Source: Methanotrichaceae archaeon
GTDB lineage: Archaea; Halobacteriota; Methanosarcinia; Methanotrichales; Methanotrichaceae
Assembly: GCA_963813075.1 (NCBI GenBank)
Contig: CAWEXU010000031.1
Coordinates: 96,001-160,000 of the forward strand
Direction: 5' to 3'
DNA length: 64,000 nucleotides
Shown: positions 31,750 to 43,887 of the stretch, piece after piece
Layout: each line of letters opens with the position of its first letter
Position numbering within the stretch: the first letter of the stretch is position 1
The notes under the pieces: model-generated
The model's input: the letters and a program-made list of their open reading frames with translations, nothing else
Databases searched by the model: none
What the model was told of the DNA's origin: nothing
Made by a program: the position numbers and the translations under genes

Positions 31750-32614
31750 TCATTTAGAATCAATGCAGTTGGATTGCACAAACTTATTCATTATATTTAC
31801 GAATACCCCTGCCCTTTCTGAAATGCGATCGATCAAGGCAGTATCTCGTGAAGCTGCCCGGATGACGCAGCCGGCAGCGTCAGTATATTCCAGCCCAATC
31901 CGGGAGAACTGAAGGAAAAGTTCCGTGAACTGATCCGAGGATGATGATCGACATATGAATGGTGATTGCTCCGGATGAATTTCATTTTGGAGGTGAAGCT
32001 TTTCAGGAACAGAGTAATTCATATGCCAGCAGAGCACCGTCCAGCCCGATTCCCTGGCTGCGAGGAAAAGCTCTTCTGCCGCTCTCTTATCGCCTGGATA
32101 TATGAAAGGAGGATCTATCAGCAGAAGTCCGGGAGAAGAGCTCTTTAAGATTGACCTGGCTCCGGCAAAGCCATCTTTCAGATGAAATGAAATAGTGGAA
32201 TCATCAAGATATTCAGTCCAGGCGGCCTGGACTGAGGGGTCGATATCCCAGATCTGCATCCTCAGGTCTGATTTTTTTCTTTTTGCCAGCTTTGCCACCA
32301 GTAGAGCAGACCCTGGATAGCATTCTATCTGCAGAAGGAGGGAGCGATTCAGAGGAATTCAATTCCGTAAGGATATCGAAATAAGGAAAGTCTTTTAGGA
32401 GAGGCAGAGCCGGCCAGATTCTGCCGATTCCGCTCTCCCAATCACCAGATGGCTTTAAGGCATACTTTGGGCGTCCCACATGGCTCTCTGCATAAACCAG
32501 GCTGCTATCGGGGGTGAGGAGGCAATCAGCCGCCTCAAGCAGGAGGAAATGCTTCCAGACGTCACCTGCATTGCCTGCATGCACTCTGTGATCATAAGGG
32601 CCCATCAGGGCCAA
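31750..32614 (-). CDS. RlmJ-like adenine-N6 methyltransferase (frameshift ~32300)
   Basis: YDHRVHAGNAGDVWKH, YAESHVGRPKY, LIDPPF. Confidence 0.7.
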
Positions 32615-33087
32615 TTCTGCTCGTTCTGGTACATCTTCTTGGCGATATTGAAGGCCTGGGCAGGAGTTGCCATGGCGATCTTCTGGGAGTCGTCGAAGTT
32701 TGCTTTTGAGGCGGCAGCAGTGGCTGCGGCTGTCCGGAGGAGCTTCTTGTCCACCTCATTGGTCAGCCAGCGGGCTCCACCGATTCCCACCAGCAGAGCG
32801 CCGGCGATGGAGGAGATGGAGACGGATATCTCCTCTGCTCCAATTCCGGAGGCAGTCCCAAATAGAACGGCATCGGCAAAGGCTCCATAGAGGCCCCAGG
32901 AAATGAAGGCGGCAACCGCTCCCAGGAGGATATTGCCGGCAAATCCGGGACGGATGATTGTAACCCTTCCTGCGCTCTCCTCGCTGGGCTTGACAAAGCC
33001 ATTATCGCTGACAAGCGCATTCACGATTCCTCCTACAGCACCGCTCAACATTATAACTCCAATTGGTATCAGCATCGTAATCGGCAT
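32605..33087 (-). CDS. Small membrane protein
   Basis: Three Gly-rich hydrophobic segments; overlaps the start of the RlmJ-like gene. Confidence 0.65.
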   Translation of the reverse strand: MPITMLIPIGVIMLSGAVGGIVNALVSDNGFVKPSEESAGRVTIIRPGFAGNILLGAVAAFISWGLYGAFADAVLFGTASGIGAEEISVSISSIAGALLVGIGGARWLTNEVDKKLLRTAAATAAASKANFDDSQKIAMATPAQAFNIAKKMYQNEQNWP

Positions 33088-33389
33088 TGTGTCCTCCCAC
33101 TTTTCATCTCAGATTCTTCCCAGAGAGCATCCATTTCCTCGTGCATCCAAACACCAGGATGGCCCCTGATACATAGGTATCTCTTAATAATTTTTTTAAG
33201 AATGATAAGGAGTCATGCTATTTGAACATTACGCCAAGATAAAATCCGGAGAATAGCTAAAAAAAGTCGCAGATGAATCTTAGAAATCGGGCGTTGCCCG
33301 ATAATTGGAGTTCGGATAAACTAAGTTTTTATAATAGCGGTTATCTGGTGGTAGAAGAGATGCAAATGAATTAACAGGAGCAATAGATC

Positions 33390-35090
33390 TTGAAGATCCT
33401 CCTGATGGGCAATCCCAATGTGGGAAAGAGCGTGATCTTTTCCCGGCTTACAGGAATCGAGGTAGTCTCAGCAAACTACCCAGGCACTACGATCGAGTAT
33501 ACGGAAGGGAGAATGAAGCTAGGGGATAGGATGGCGACGCTCATAGACCCGCCTGGCGTCTATTCTCTTGATCCCACCTCCAAGGTGGAGGAGGTGACCG
33601 GCCAGATCCTGGCCCAGGGTGCAGATGTGGTGGTGAATGTAATCGACTCCACCAATCTGGAGAGAAATCTAAACCTAACCTTACAGCTCCTGGAGAGGGG
33701 TCTAGCCACCGTGGTGGCTCTCAATCTCTGGGACGTGGCAACGCGCAAGGGAATCGAGATCGATACCATCACCCTGGCAGAGGAGCTGGGGGTGGATGTG
33801 GTTCCCACGGTGGCAGTGAGCGGCCAGGGGATCTACGATCTGGTCGAGGCCATAGGAAAGGCGAAAACCCCTAAGCCTGTGCATTTTGAATCATCTGACC
33901 AGCGCTGGGCGCGGATAGGGGAGATAGCGGAGAAGAGCCAGAAGGTCCTGCACCGGCATCCATCCTTTTTTGACCGGCTGGAGGACATCTCACTCAAACC
34001 CCTGACAGGGATTCCCATTGCCGTGCTTATTTTATATCTATCCTTCAGCCTGATAATCGAGATAGGCGAGACGCTGCAGCTGAGGGTCACCGACCCCATT
34101 TTCATCGCCTACTCCAATTTCATTACCGATTTGGTGCAGAGCCATATCAGCTCGGAACTATTAAAGGAGATATTGATCGGCAGCAGTCCGGAGCTCTTAA
34201 AGTCCTTTGGAATTCTGACCACCGGCCTCTATATTCCTCTGGGAGTAGTCCTGCCGTTTTTGATTCCCTTCTATTTGCTCCTGGGAATCCTGGAGGATAT
34301 AGGCTACCTTCCCAGGCTGAGCGTCATCCTGGATGCCTTCATGCACAGGATCGGCCTGCACGGAGCGGCTATCCTCCCCTGCGTATTGGGAATGGGCTGC
34401 AGCGTTCCTGCCGTCCTCTCGGTCCGAATACTGGAATCGGCCAAGCAGAGGTATCTGGCTGCCACCCTGATGACTATGGCTATTCCCTGCGCCTCCCAGA
34501 GCGCCATGATATTCGGCATTCTCGCTCCCTATGGCCTCAGATATATCTTCACAGTCTATGCCACCCTGTTCTTCTCTTTCGTCGTCACAGGCTATCTGCT
34601 CCACAAGTTCATTGGCGGTGAGTCGCCGGAGATCTTCCTGGAGATCCCTCCCTACAGGATGCCCAATCCAAAAGCCCTATTGAAGAAGACCTTCATCAGG
34701 GTGCGGGAGTTCCTGAAAGAGGCCGTGCCTTATATCGGCCTGGGGATGATCATAATGAACTTCTTCTATCTGACCGGACTGATGCACCTGATCGGCGAGG
34801 AGTTGAAGCCGGTTGTATCCGGGCTGCTCGGGCTTCCCAGCGATGCGGCCACGGCATTGATCATCGGCTTTCTCCGCAAGGACGTTGGGATAGGCATGTT
34901 CGCTCCCCTGGATATGAACCCGGTGCAGTATGTCATTGCGGCCGTGGTATTGGCCATGTATATGCCCTGCGTTGCCACATTCATGGTGATGCTCAAGGAG
35001 CTTGGCGTCTCGGGAACGGCAAAATCAGTAGCTTTAAGGCTTGTAGCTGCTCTTGTTGTGGGATCTGCTCTGAACTTTATTCTCAGCTAG
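33390..35090 (+). CDS. feoB: Ferrous iron transporter B
   Basis: GNPNVGKS, NYPGTT, DPPG; multi-TM with GMGCSVPA. Confidence 0.93.
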   Translation: MKILLMGNPNVGKSVIFSRLTGIEVVSANYPGTTIEYTEGRMKLGDRMATLIDPPGVYSLDPTSKVEEVTGQILAQGADVVVNVIDSTNLERNLNLTLQLLERGLATVVALNLWDVATRKGIEIDTITLAEELGVDVVPTVAVSGQGIYDLVEAIGKAKTPKPVHFESSDQRWARIGEIAEKSQKVLHRHPSFFDRLEDISLKPLTGIPIAVLILYLSFSLIIEIGETLQLRVTDPIFIAYSNFITDLVQSHISSELLKEILIGSSPELLKSFGILTTGLYIPLGVVLPFLIPFYLLLGILEDIGYLPRLSVILDAFMHRIGLHGAAILPCVLGMGCSVPAVLSVRILESAKQRYLAATLMTMAIPCASQSAMIFGILAPYGLRYIFTVYATLFFSFVVTGYLLHKFIGGESPEIFLEIPPYRMPNPKALLKKTFIRVREFLKEAVPYIGLGMIIMNFFYLTGLMHLIGEELKPVVSGLLGLPSDAATALIIGFLRKDVGIGMFAPLDMNPVQYVIAAVVLAMYMPCVATFMVMLKELGVSGTAKSVALRLVAALVVGSALNFILS

Positions 35091-36387
35091 ATCTGTTTAA
35101 GGATTAGTCTGGCCCTCTCTTTTTGGGCATCCAATCCCATATAGACCGGACCCTGTTGGGGGCTGCAATATACTCCATCAAAATCCATCACTCTTCAATA
35201 CGCTCAGGCTGCTTAGATCCCTGATCTCGATTTTTACTTCTTCCTCTCCTATTTTTCTTCTCACCTGTTTTTCCTTTTCTTCTTCACCTGTTTTTCCTTT
35301 TTATCCTCCTCCTATGATCGTCTTTCTCTCATTAAATCTCAGCCTTTCTTAACTCTAACTTTTTACCCCAAAATCATGACTCTAATATGAAAAATTTAAT
35401 AAAATTCTATTTTCAGAAAAATTAAACAATAAATTATTTCTGAGATAATTAATAGAATAAAGTGTTTATTTTGTTTTTTGATTTTATGATAATTTTAAAA
35501 CATAATCAATTCATCATAATCATAAATAAATAACTTTAATAAAAACTGATTTAACTTGCCAAATCTCTTGTTAATATAGTTATAAATTTTATAAATAAAA
35601 CTGATTGATGATAAAAGGTTTTAAATCGTTTATTTTTATAAATATTTACTTGGGGCAGAAAGTATAGCAGAATGAACCTAGTTAATATTCTATAAAATTT
35701 TATGTATTAATTTTTTCGAAGCCCTGTAATCTTATAGTATATACGAATGAATGGGACAGCAAAACCAATTTGATTTGCAGGACTATTTCCATCTCGTAAA
35801 TAATGAGTATATGCGCCAGGGAGGGTATATTCATGTAGTGTATGGAATGATCCAGTTGGCAAAAGAGAAAATTTCCCCTGGGGCGAAGATGCGATACACA
35901 TAGTTTATGGAATAAAGCATAATCACATGGTATTTCATCTGGCATTTCATCAGTCACCTTAAGTCTTCTCAAAATCTACTTGATTTGAAATAAAATTATA
36001 AAATTTTTAATTTTAATATATCATTATAGTAGTAATCAGATTATTGACAACTTTTATTCTAGTACATAATTTAATATATAATAATTTCAGTACAATATTA
36101 AATAATAAAATTAAAGTTTAAAAAACATAATAATTTTACAACTAATTTAAATAAAATATATAAAGCTCATTTCAAACATTTTTTATTTAAAATATTATAT
36201 TTTCAAACATCCTGAATTCAAGCTTGTAAAGTGAGAGTTACGAGGGAATGAGATGTTCCCCGTCTGCCTGAAGTGAGACCAAATTATTATAAAATTTCTA
36301 TATCCAGGACCTCATCTGCGAACGGATGGAAGGGATAAAATAGGAATTCGATTGCTCTATTAGCGTTCAAGTAAGAGGTCGGGAAAG

Positions 36388-39300
36388 ATGCCCAAGCGAG
36401 AAGATATAAACAAGATCATGATCATCGGGTCTGGCCCGATCGTTATCGGTCAGGCCTGCGAATTCGATTACTCCGGCACCCAGGCCTGCAAGGCGCTAAA
36501 GGCCCTGGGATACAAAATAGTCCTGGTCAACTCCAATCCAGCTACCATTATGACCGATCCGGGGATGGCTGATGCCACCTATATTGAGCCGCTTAATGTG
36601 GAGAGGCTGGCTCAGATCATCGAAAAGGAGAGGCCGGATGCACTGCTGCCAAACCTGGGGGGGCAAAACGGCCTCAACCTGAGCCTTGAGCTCTCCCGCG
36701 CAGGCATTCTGGATAAGTTCAATGTTATGGTTATAGGGGTGAAGCTGGATGCCATCGAGCGGGGTGAGGACAGGATCATCTTCAAAGATACCATGAACTC
36801 CCTGGGGATCGAGGTTCCCAAGAGCACTGCGATCTATACGGTTGAGGATGCGGAAAAGGTGGCCCTGGAACTCGGTTACCCGGTTGTCGTCCGGCCGGCC
36901 TACACCATGGGAGGAACAGGAGGCGGTCTGGTCTATAACGCTGAAGAGCTGAGGACGGTGGTCAGCCGGGGAATTGCCGCCAGCCTGATCGGCCAGGTGC
37001 TGATCGAGGAGTCGGTCGCCGGTTGGGAGGAGCTGGAGCTGGAGGTGGTCAGGGACGCCAAGAATCATATGATCACCGTCTGCTTCATAGAGAATGTGGA
37101 TGCCATGGGCGTACATACAGGCGACTCCTTTTGCACTGCCCCCATGCTCACCATATCCCAGGAGCTGCAGGATAGGCTGCAGGACTTCTCATACCGGATC
37201 GTTGAGGCCATCAAGGTCATCGGCGGGACAAACATCCAGTTCGCTCACGATCCGAAGACCGGAAGGGTGGTGGTGATAGAAATCAACCCCCGCACCTCCC
37301 GCTCATCCGCCCTCGCCTCCAAGGCCACCGGATTTCCCATCGCCCTGATCTCGGCGAAGCTCGCCGCCGGCCTGAACCTGGATGAGATACCCTACTGGAA
37401 GGAGGGAACCCTGGAGAGGTATAAGCCCTCAGGAGATTACGTTGTGGTCAAGTTCCCCCGCTGGGCCTTCGAGAAGTTCCGGGGCTCAAAGGACGTCCTC
37501 GGCACCCAGATGAAGGCGGTGGGTGAGGCAATGAGCATCGGCAAGACCTACAAGGAGGCCTTCCAGAAGGCCATACGCTCACTGGAGAACGGCAGGTATG
37601 GCCTGGGTTTTGCCCGGGACTATAATAGCAGATCTTCTGAAGAGCTCATGATGCTTCTCAAGGAGCCCTCAAGCGAGCGGCAGTTCATTCTCTACGAGGC
37701 GATCCGAAAGGGTGCCGACATCCAAAAGCTCTATCATTTGACCCATATCAAGCCCTGGTTCCTCCAGCAGATGAAGGAATTGGTGCAGCTGGAAGAGGAG
37801 ATTTTGGCCTACAAGGGCAAGTCACTGGCCGATCTGCCAGACGAGCTTCTGGGCCGGGCCAAGAGGGATGGCTTTGCAGACCGATACCTCTCGAAGCTCC
37901 TGGCTGTCCCGGAGGCTGAGATCCGGGCGCGGCGCAAGTCCCTGGGAATTGTGCAGGGCTGGGAGCCGGTGCCCGTGAGCGGGGTGGAGAATGCCTTCTA
38001 CTATTACTCCACATACAATGCTCCCGATAACCCCACCAGCGATAAGATCCCAGCAGCAGCCGGCGAAAGGTCATGGTCTTAGGAGGAGGGCCCAACCGCA
38101 TCGGCCAGGGAATTGAGTTCGACTACTGCTGCGTTCATGCCGCTTTTGCCCTTAAGGATATGGGCATTGAGACCATCATGGTCAACTGCAATCCAGAGAC
38201 GGTCTCGACCGATTATGACACCTCGGATAAGCTGTACTTCGAGCCACTGACGGTGGAGGATGTGCTCAGCATCTATGAGAAGGAGAAGCCTGAAGGGGTG
38301 ATAGTCCAGTTCGGCGGCCAGACGCCCCTGAACATCTCCCGGGAGCTGGAGGAGGCAGGGGTGAAGATCCTGGGGACCTCGGTGGATGCCATAGATCTGG
38401 CTGAGGACAGAGACCGATTCAGGATGATGATGGAGGAGCTGGAGATACCCATGCCGGAATCGGGAATGGCAAGCAACCTCGACCAGGCGCTGGAGGTAGC
38501 GGCAAGGATCGGCTATCCCCTCATGGTCCGGCCCTCATATGTCCTGGGCGGACGGGGGATGGAGGTGATATACGACGAGGAGATGCTCGAAAGGTACGTC
38601 GCTGCGGCGGTCGACGTCACCCCGGAGCGGCCCATTCTCATCGATCGCTTCTTAGAGAACGCCCTGGAGACGGAGGCCGATGCCCTATCCGATGGCCATG
38701 AGGCCTTTGTGCCCGCAGTGATGGAGCATATCGAGCAGGCGGGCATTCATTCCGGCGATTCGGCATGCGTTATCCCTCCGGTGAGCATCTCTGCTGAGCA
38801 CCTCCGAATCATAGAAGAGTACACCCGCAAGATCGCCCAGAAGCTGCATGTGGTGGGCCTGATGAATATGCAGTATGCCATCAGTCACGATGTGGTCTAT
38901 GTGCTGGAGGCCAATCCCCGCGCCTCCCGGACGGTGCCGCTGGTATCCAAAGTGTGCAATGTATCCATGGCCAGGATAGCCACTCAGATGATGATGAATA
39001 AGAGAATGGACGAGCTGGATCTAAAGAAGAGGACTATCCCTCATTTTGGGGTGAAGGAGTCGGTCTTCCCCTTCAATATGTTCCCGGAGGTCGACCCCCT
39101 TTTGGGCCCGGAGATGCGTTCTACTGGAGAGGTCCTGGGGCTGGCCGACTCATTCGGCATGGCCTTCTACAAAGCGGAAGAAGCGGCCAAGCCCTCCCTT
39201 CCCGAAGAGGGGACGGTCATGATCACCGTGGCCGCCAAGGACCGATCGGCGAAGCTGGTGGAGGTTGCGCGGGAGTTCCAGAAGCTGGGCTTTCGCCATC

Positions 39301-39615
39301 AAGGCCACCAGCGGGACCCGAGCGGTCCTGGCAGAGAATGGCATCCAGTCGGAGATCATCAAGAAGATCTACCAGGGCCGGCCCAATATCGATGACGCCA
39401 TCAAGAACAAGGAGATTCAGCTGGTGATTAACACCCCCATCGGCAAGGCCAGCCAGTATGATGACTCTTATATCCGAAAGGCAGCAATCAAATACAAGGT
39501 GCCTTATATCACCACCATTGCTGCTGCCTCGGCGGCGGCGAAGGGGATTAGTGCCTCAAGGGCCGGCCATTCGGGAGTGAAGTCGCTGCAGGAGTATCAC
39601 CGGGATATCAAGTAG
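36388..39615 (+). CDS. carB: Carbamoyl-phosphate synthase large subunit (frameshifts ~38075 and ~39295)
   Basis: MPKREDI...GSGPIVIGQACEFDYSG; GGGPNRIGQGIEFDY; C-terminal MGS domain. Confidence 0.95.
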
Positions 39616-39685
39616 AATTGAGAAAGGATCTGGAATTACATCCCTTTCTCAAGCTTTTCTTTTTCACAGGCAGTATCTTCTTTCC

Positions 39686-41300
39686 CTATGCCACCGATGC
39701 GCTATAGTAAGGAGATGGCAATGTGGGATAAGCCCAAAAGACATGTCTGAATACATCTTCTGCCCTTTGTGCTACATCAGCTTCTGAATACAGGCCAACA
39801 GGAAGGCCTATATCTTCATTCCATAAAAAGTTATGAATAGTCACTCGAACAGCATCACGAGTTGCTTCCTTATCGCGCCATTGATCAACCCGGAGCTTTT
39901 CCTCCTTCAGCGTTTTCAACAATTCAACGGCCACTTTCTTGATGCGCTTAATATCAGCGCCCCTCTGATCTGGCTTTTTCAGCAGGTCGAAGATGGCCAA
40001 TGATTCTTCATCAAGTCCCTCTCGTACTGCTCTGCTTTCTTCTTCGTTGAGTCCTTGGACGAGCTTGAGCAATGCCTCAAAGGTCTGTTGAATTGTTGCC
40101 CAATCCTTCTCACGGTTGTATTCGGCAACGATCTTCTCGTAGTGTTGCTGGAAGTCTGTGCGCAAGGGATTTTGCTGTAGCAGTCTCTGCAATCGGATCT
40201 CCACTGCCTGACGCAAGTTCTGAACCACTGTGTTCTTGTTCTTGTATCTCTCGAACTCTTGTTTGAGCCGGACGAAGTCGATTTTGCTGATATCGTACGG
40301 CTCCCCAGGCTTAGTCACCGCTTCGGACCGGACATCGATTGCTTCATCCACTAGCTGTTGGAGTTGTCTCATGATGTTTGTGATGTCAGCCTTTTCTCGA
40401 TCCTGCTGGAGGCTCTTGTAAACGATGTTGACCGCATCCCGATCATCACGATAGGCGTTTATGTCCTGGAGGGTGATGCAAGCTCGGAATTTTTTGAAGA
40501 CCTCCCGGCACATGATTTCAAAGCGCTTGCGCGTCTCATCATTTTCGTTGGCCGCCTCTTTACAGGCCGCGATAGCTGCATTGCGCTCAAAGCCTGTCTT
40601 TTGGATTATGTCATCCAAAGGAGCATTCCGCTCATCGAGGAAGGCCCGCACAAAGCTGATCGCCTCGGCCAGATCGGACAGTAGCTCCTCCTCTGGCCTG
40701 GCCGGATCGATCTCACCGCCCGGTTCACCATCTATCTGGGCGGGGACCAGCAAAGGTTGCCAGCGCTCGACGCAAGTGCTTTAGGATGCCGCAGTAGTCG
40801 ACGATCAGGCCGTTGTTCTTGCCCTCGTTCACGCGGTTAGCCCGAGCTATGGCCTGCATCAGAGTATGGGCCTTCAGAGGCTTGTCCAGGTAGAGGGTAG
40901 AGAGGCTCGGCACATCAAATCCTGTCAGCCACATGGCGCAGACTATGGCGATGCGAAACGGATGTTCATCGGTTTTGAAGGCGTCGTCCAGACTAATCCG
41001 CTGCATGTTATGAAACTGGGATTTGCTGCGCATTGACTCAGACAGGTCGATGCCTTCCTTGATGAGTCTGCGATGGGGCGTTATGTCCAGGCCGCTCTTG
41101 CGGAACTTATCGACCTCGCCCTGCTCTTCACTAACCACTACAGCCGCCCGAGTCTCTCGCATCCATTCTATCTGACGCTTAAGATAGATCTCCTCGGTAT
41201 CGTATGAGGTAGAAGAGAGTCCTGCCTCCAGCTCAGCTATCCGTTCTTCCCAGTGACCGTTGATCAGGTTGTACATCCGCACACAGGTTATCTTCTTGAT
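39686..41300 (-). pseudogene. hsdR: Type I restriction endonuclease R subunit, C-terminal remnant
   Basis: IVCAMWLTGFDVP...LMQAIARANRV...IVDYCG; DUF3387-like tail; nuclease and Walker A region missing. Confidence 0.85.
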
Positions 41301-41374
41301 CTTCGAAGCTGGTCGCACTCCCCCTGGATTGTTCTCTTCCATGAGGTCAGGCCCCTTCATTTTCATCCCAGGTC

Positions 41375-41769
41375 AGTTCAAGCCTCGATCTCGGCCACGC
41401 TTGGCAGTCTGCTCTGCAGCTCTTCAGGCAGAGTCTTCACAAGCTTTGTCTCCCAGCCTGCAACACCCATCGGCTTTTGGATTCCACGCAGGGCGTATTC
41501 GACCTCGATGAAATAGATTTCAATTCAACCACTACGTAGGAGCGCAACTTCAGATGATAAAATAATAGGTCAAGGTAATAGTCCTTAGTTGCGAATTCGA
41601 GGTGAACCTGTCTTCCCACAAAGGCAAATCCTTCTCCAAGCTCCAGGAGGAAGCGCTGGATGTGGTCTATCAGCCCTTTTTCCACTTCTCGCTCCCGGCG
41701 TGGATCGGCAGTTCCAAGGAAGTCAAACAGATATGGATCTTTGAATATGCTATCTCGTTTAGTCTTCAT
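41375..41769 (-). pseudogene. DUF1016/YhcG PD-(D/E)xK protein, C-terminal remnant
   Basis: FKDPYLFDFL, FLLELGEGFAFVGRQ, YLDLLFYH...VVVELK, EYALRG. Confidence 0.85.
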
Positions 41770-42006
41770 CCCTGGCCAGTGAGGAGCATTATCCCATCGT
41801 CTGACCAGCTTATCATTTTTTGGAGATGATACGAGTAGCTTCTAAAGCTCTTTCCAAGAGCCTCAGTCACGTGCAGCAAAAACCATTCTTCAGGGAGGCT
41901 CTGGCACGCAACGCTTGCTTTCCCGGCTCCTCGACGAGTACGATGACATCCACCTTCAGGATGATATCGCTGCAAGATAAGGTGTCCAATATATCCTTAA
42001 TCTGAG
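41760..42006 (-). pseudogene. DUF6516/TumE-like toxin remnant
   Basis: IKDILDTL...RARASLKNG / LHVTEALG..SYSYHLQ / LVRRWDNAPHW across homopolymer frameshifts. Confidence 0.65.
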
Positions 42007-43130
42007 GATTTCGAATATCGTTGCATTAGCATCTCTGAAAAGGACTACGTTAATATTTTCAATTTAAACTCTCATTTCTTTGTGTAATCCTCCATTATTC
42101 GACATCTTTTTCCTATTTTGTCATCATTTCTTGATACTTTTCGCGTTTTTCTCCATAGCTTCCGCTAGGCAGCCTTTTTGGCGACCTTGCCAAGAAGGTT
42201 GAACAAGTTATAACCGATAGCATTGAACGTCATTTTGACTGCAGCTCTTTCAACTGTTGTTACCATAACATGACCTGATTTGAATACTATTTTTATGACA
42301 CTAAAGCATCTTTCCACAGGAGATCGAATACTGCTGATTCTTTTGTTTCGCAATTCATCAAAAATGCTAAGCGGATGCCCCCTTGCTGCTCTTTTCATGG
42401 CTGCATCGTATCCCTTGGTTTCTGCGCCATGATAGCCTTTATCGCCGTATCGAACCTCGCCCTCGTTTGCTAAATCCACCCGGCTGTCATGGATATTGGC
42501 GACGGTTGTCTCAACCTCCCAGATGAAGTGGTTCTCTGTATCCACTTTCGCATGTCCCTTGTATCCGAAATATGATTTGTTTCCTTTCTTCGCCCATTCA
42601 CCATCTTTGCTTCTTCTGGTCTTGGCTTCCTTCCCTCGTGGGACATCGCTCTTAGCATGACCTGGATCAGATGTTATAAAAGTGGCATCTTGAATGACCC
42701 CCTTCTTCACCTCATATCCTTTAGCCTTGAGCTGATTTGTGAATTCTTCCCAGATGGCATCAAGCTTACCGTTTTTTATCAATCTTTCGCGAAACAGCCA
42801 CACGGTAGTATAATCAGGGATAACTTCTGTTGTCCCTAAAAAAACGCGAAACGATATTCTATCTGCGACCTGAAGCTCTAATTGGGGATCTGATAGACCA
42901 TACAGTTGTTGGAGTATGAGGAGCTTAATCATTATAATAATGCTAATATTTGGCCTACCGCCTCGTTCAGTTCTATTTTTATATAGATCGTCTTCGAATC
43001 GCAGAAACGCATCCCAGTCAACTAATTTTGCCAAGGATTTCAGCTTATCGCCACGCGGTTGAACTTTTTCATTATATTCTTGCAAGATAGAAAAGTCTAT
43101 GAGGGTCCTCATAATATGTAATATGGTCAT
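42007..43130 (-). mobile_element. IS5-family element with transposase 42165..43130
   Basis: GGRP, QLYGLSD, QDATF, YGDKGY, RSPVERCF; TCTGAG direct repeat at 42001 and 43131; terminal inverted repeats not identified. Confidence 0.85.
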
Positions 43131-43452
43131 TCTGAGTTCCCGATAATTTACCTTCCACTTTCAGCCAGTAGCTTTTGGCTGACTCGTAGGCATCCCAGAT
43201 GATGAAGTCATCCCACTCTTCAAAGACCTCCTCTTCCCTCCTTGCTTCTATACGGCGTTTGAAGTCCTCATAGCTCATATTGTATTTCGACCTCATCTCC
43301 AGGATCATGGAATCGAAGTAATGGATCTTTGCTTTAGCCTGATCCAGGACTAGATTCTTCAGAGCCTCCTTTTCATCTTTAAAGAGGCCAATCTTAACCA
43401 GATCGGTTATGGGCTCGAAGACATCCCTGGAGACCTCAATGGTATCGCTCAT
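43072..43452 (-). CDS. Probable antitoxin partner of the DUF6516 toxin; C-terminus runs into the IS
   Basis: KYNMSYEDFKRR...FEEWDDFIIWDA. Confidence 0.6.
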   Translation of the reverse strand: MSDTIEVSRDVFEPITDLVKIGLFKDEKEALKNLVLDQAKAKIHYFDSMILEMRSKYNMSYEDFKRRIEARREEEVFEEWDDFIIWDAYESAKSYWLKVEGKLSGTQNDHITYYEDPHRLFYLARI

Positions 43453-43887
43453 TCTTTCCTCACTTAGTAATACATTTATGAAGATATAAATATGATGTGG
43501 TTATTCCTAAACCTCGCCCTGAAACCACTTCGATCAGGGAGAGGCAGATTGCAGAAACGCAAATGCAGGCTGAAAGGAATCCGGTCCTAGCTAGGAAGAC
43601 AATGGCATGGGTGCTAAACCGTTCCATCCCCGCCCGCCTGGAGCATATTTATTAAATTATAAAATTTAAAGCCTTCCCGTCTTCACACTCGCGCCGCGGG
43701 CGTGACGCGCGCATAGCCAGCCAGCACCTGCCAAATCTGCTCGCGCCCGCAAAGAGAGTATTTCACTGCCCGCTATGCATGCTGGATTTTGAATATACGT
43801 CTTCCGCCGGCATATAGCAACAACCGTAATCATGATCACAGAAAAAAAGGGATCCGGCGATGGAGCGCAGTCAATAGACTCCCAGCT

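Noticed and set aside
35640..35900. Replication origin (ORB-like TCCAGTTGG, GGGG runs in an AT-rich tract)
   Set aside because: No repeated convincing ORB consensus and no cdc6/orc1 nearby
36388..39615. Split carB and other split genes (SNF2, maturase, chrA, YeeE, TPR) as programmed frameshifts or pseudogenes
   Set aside because: Single-base shifts, often at short homopolymers, affect many unrelated genes including a normally essential one; most likely sequencing error
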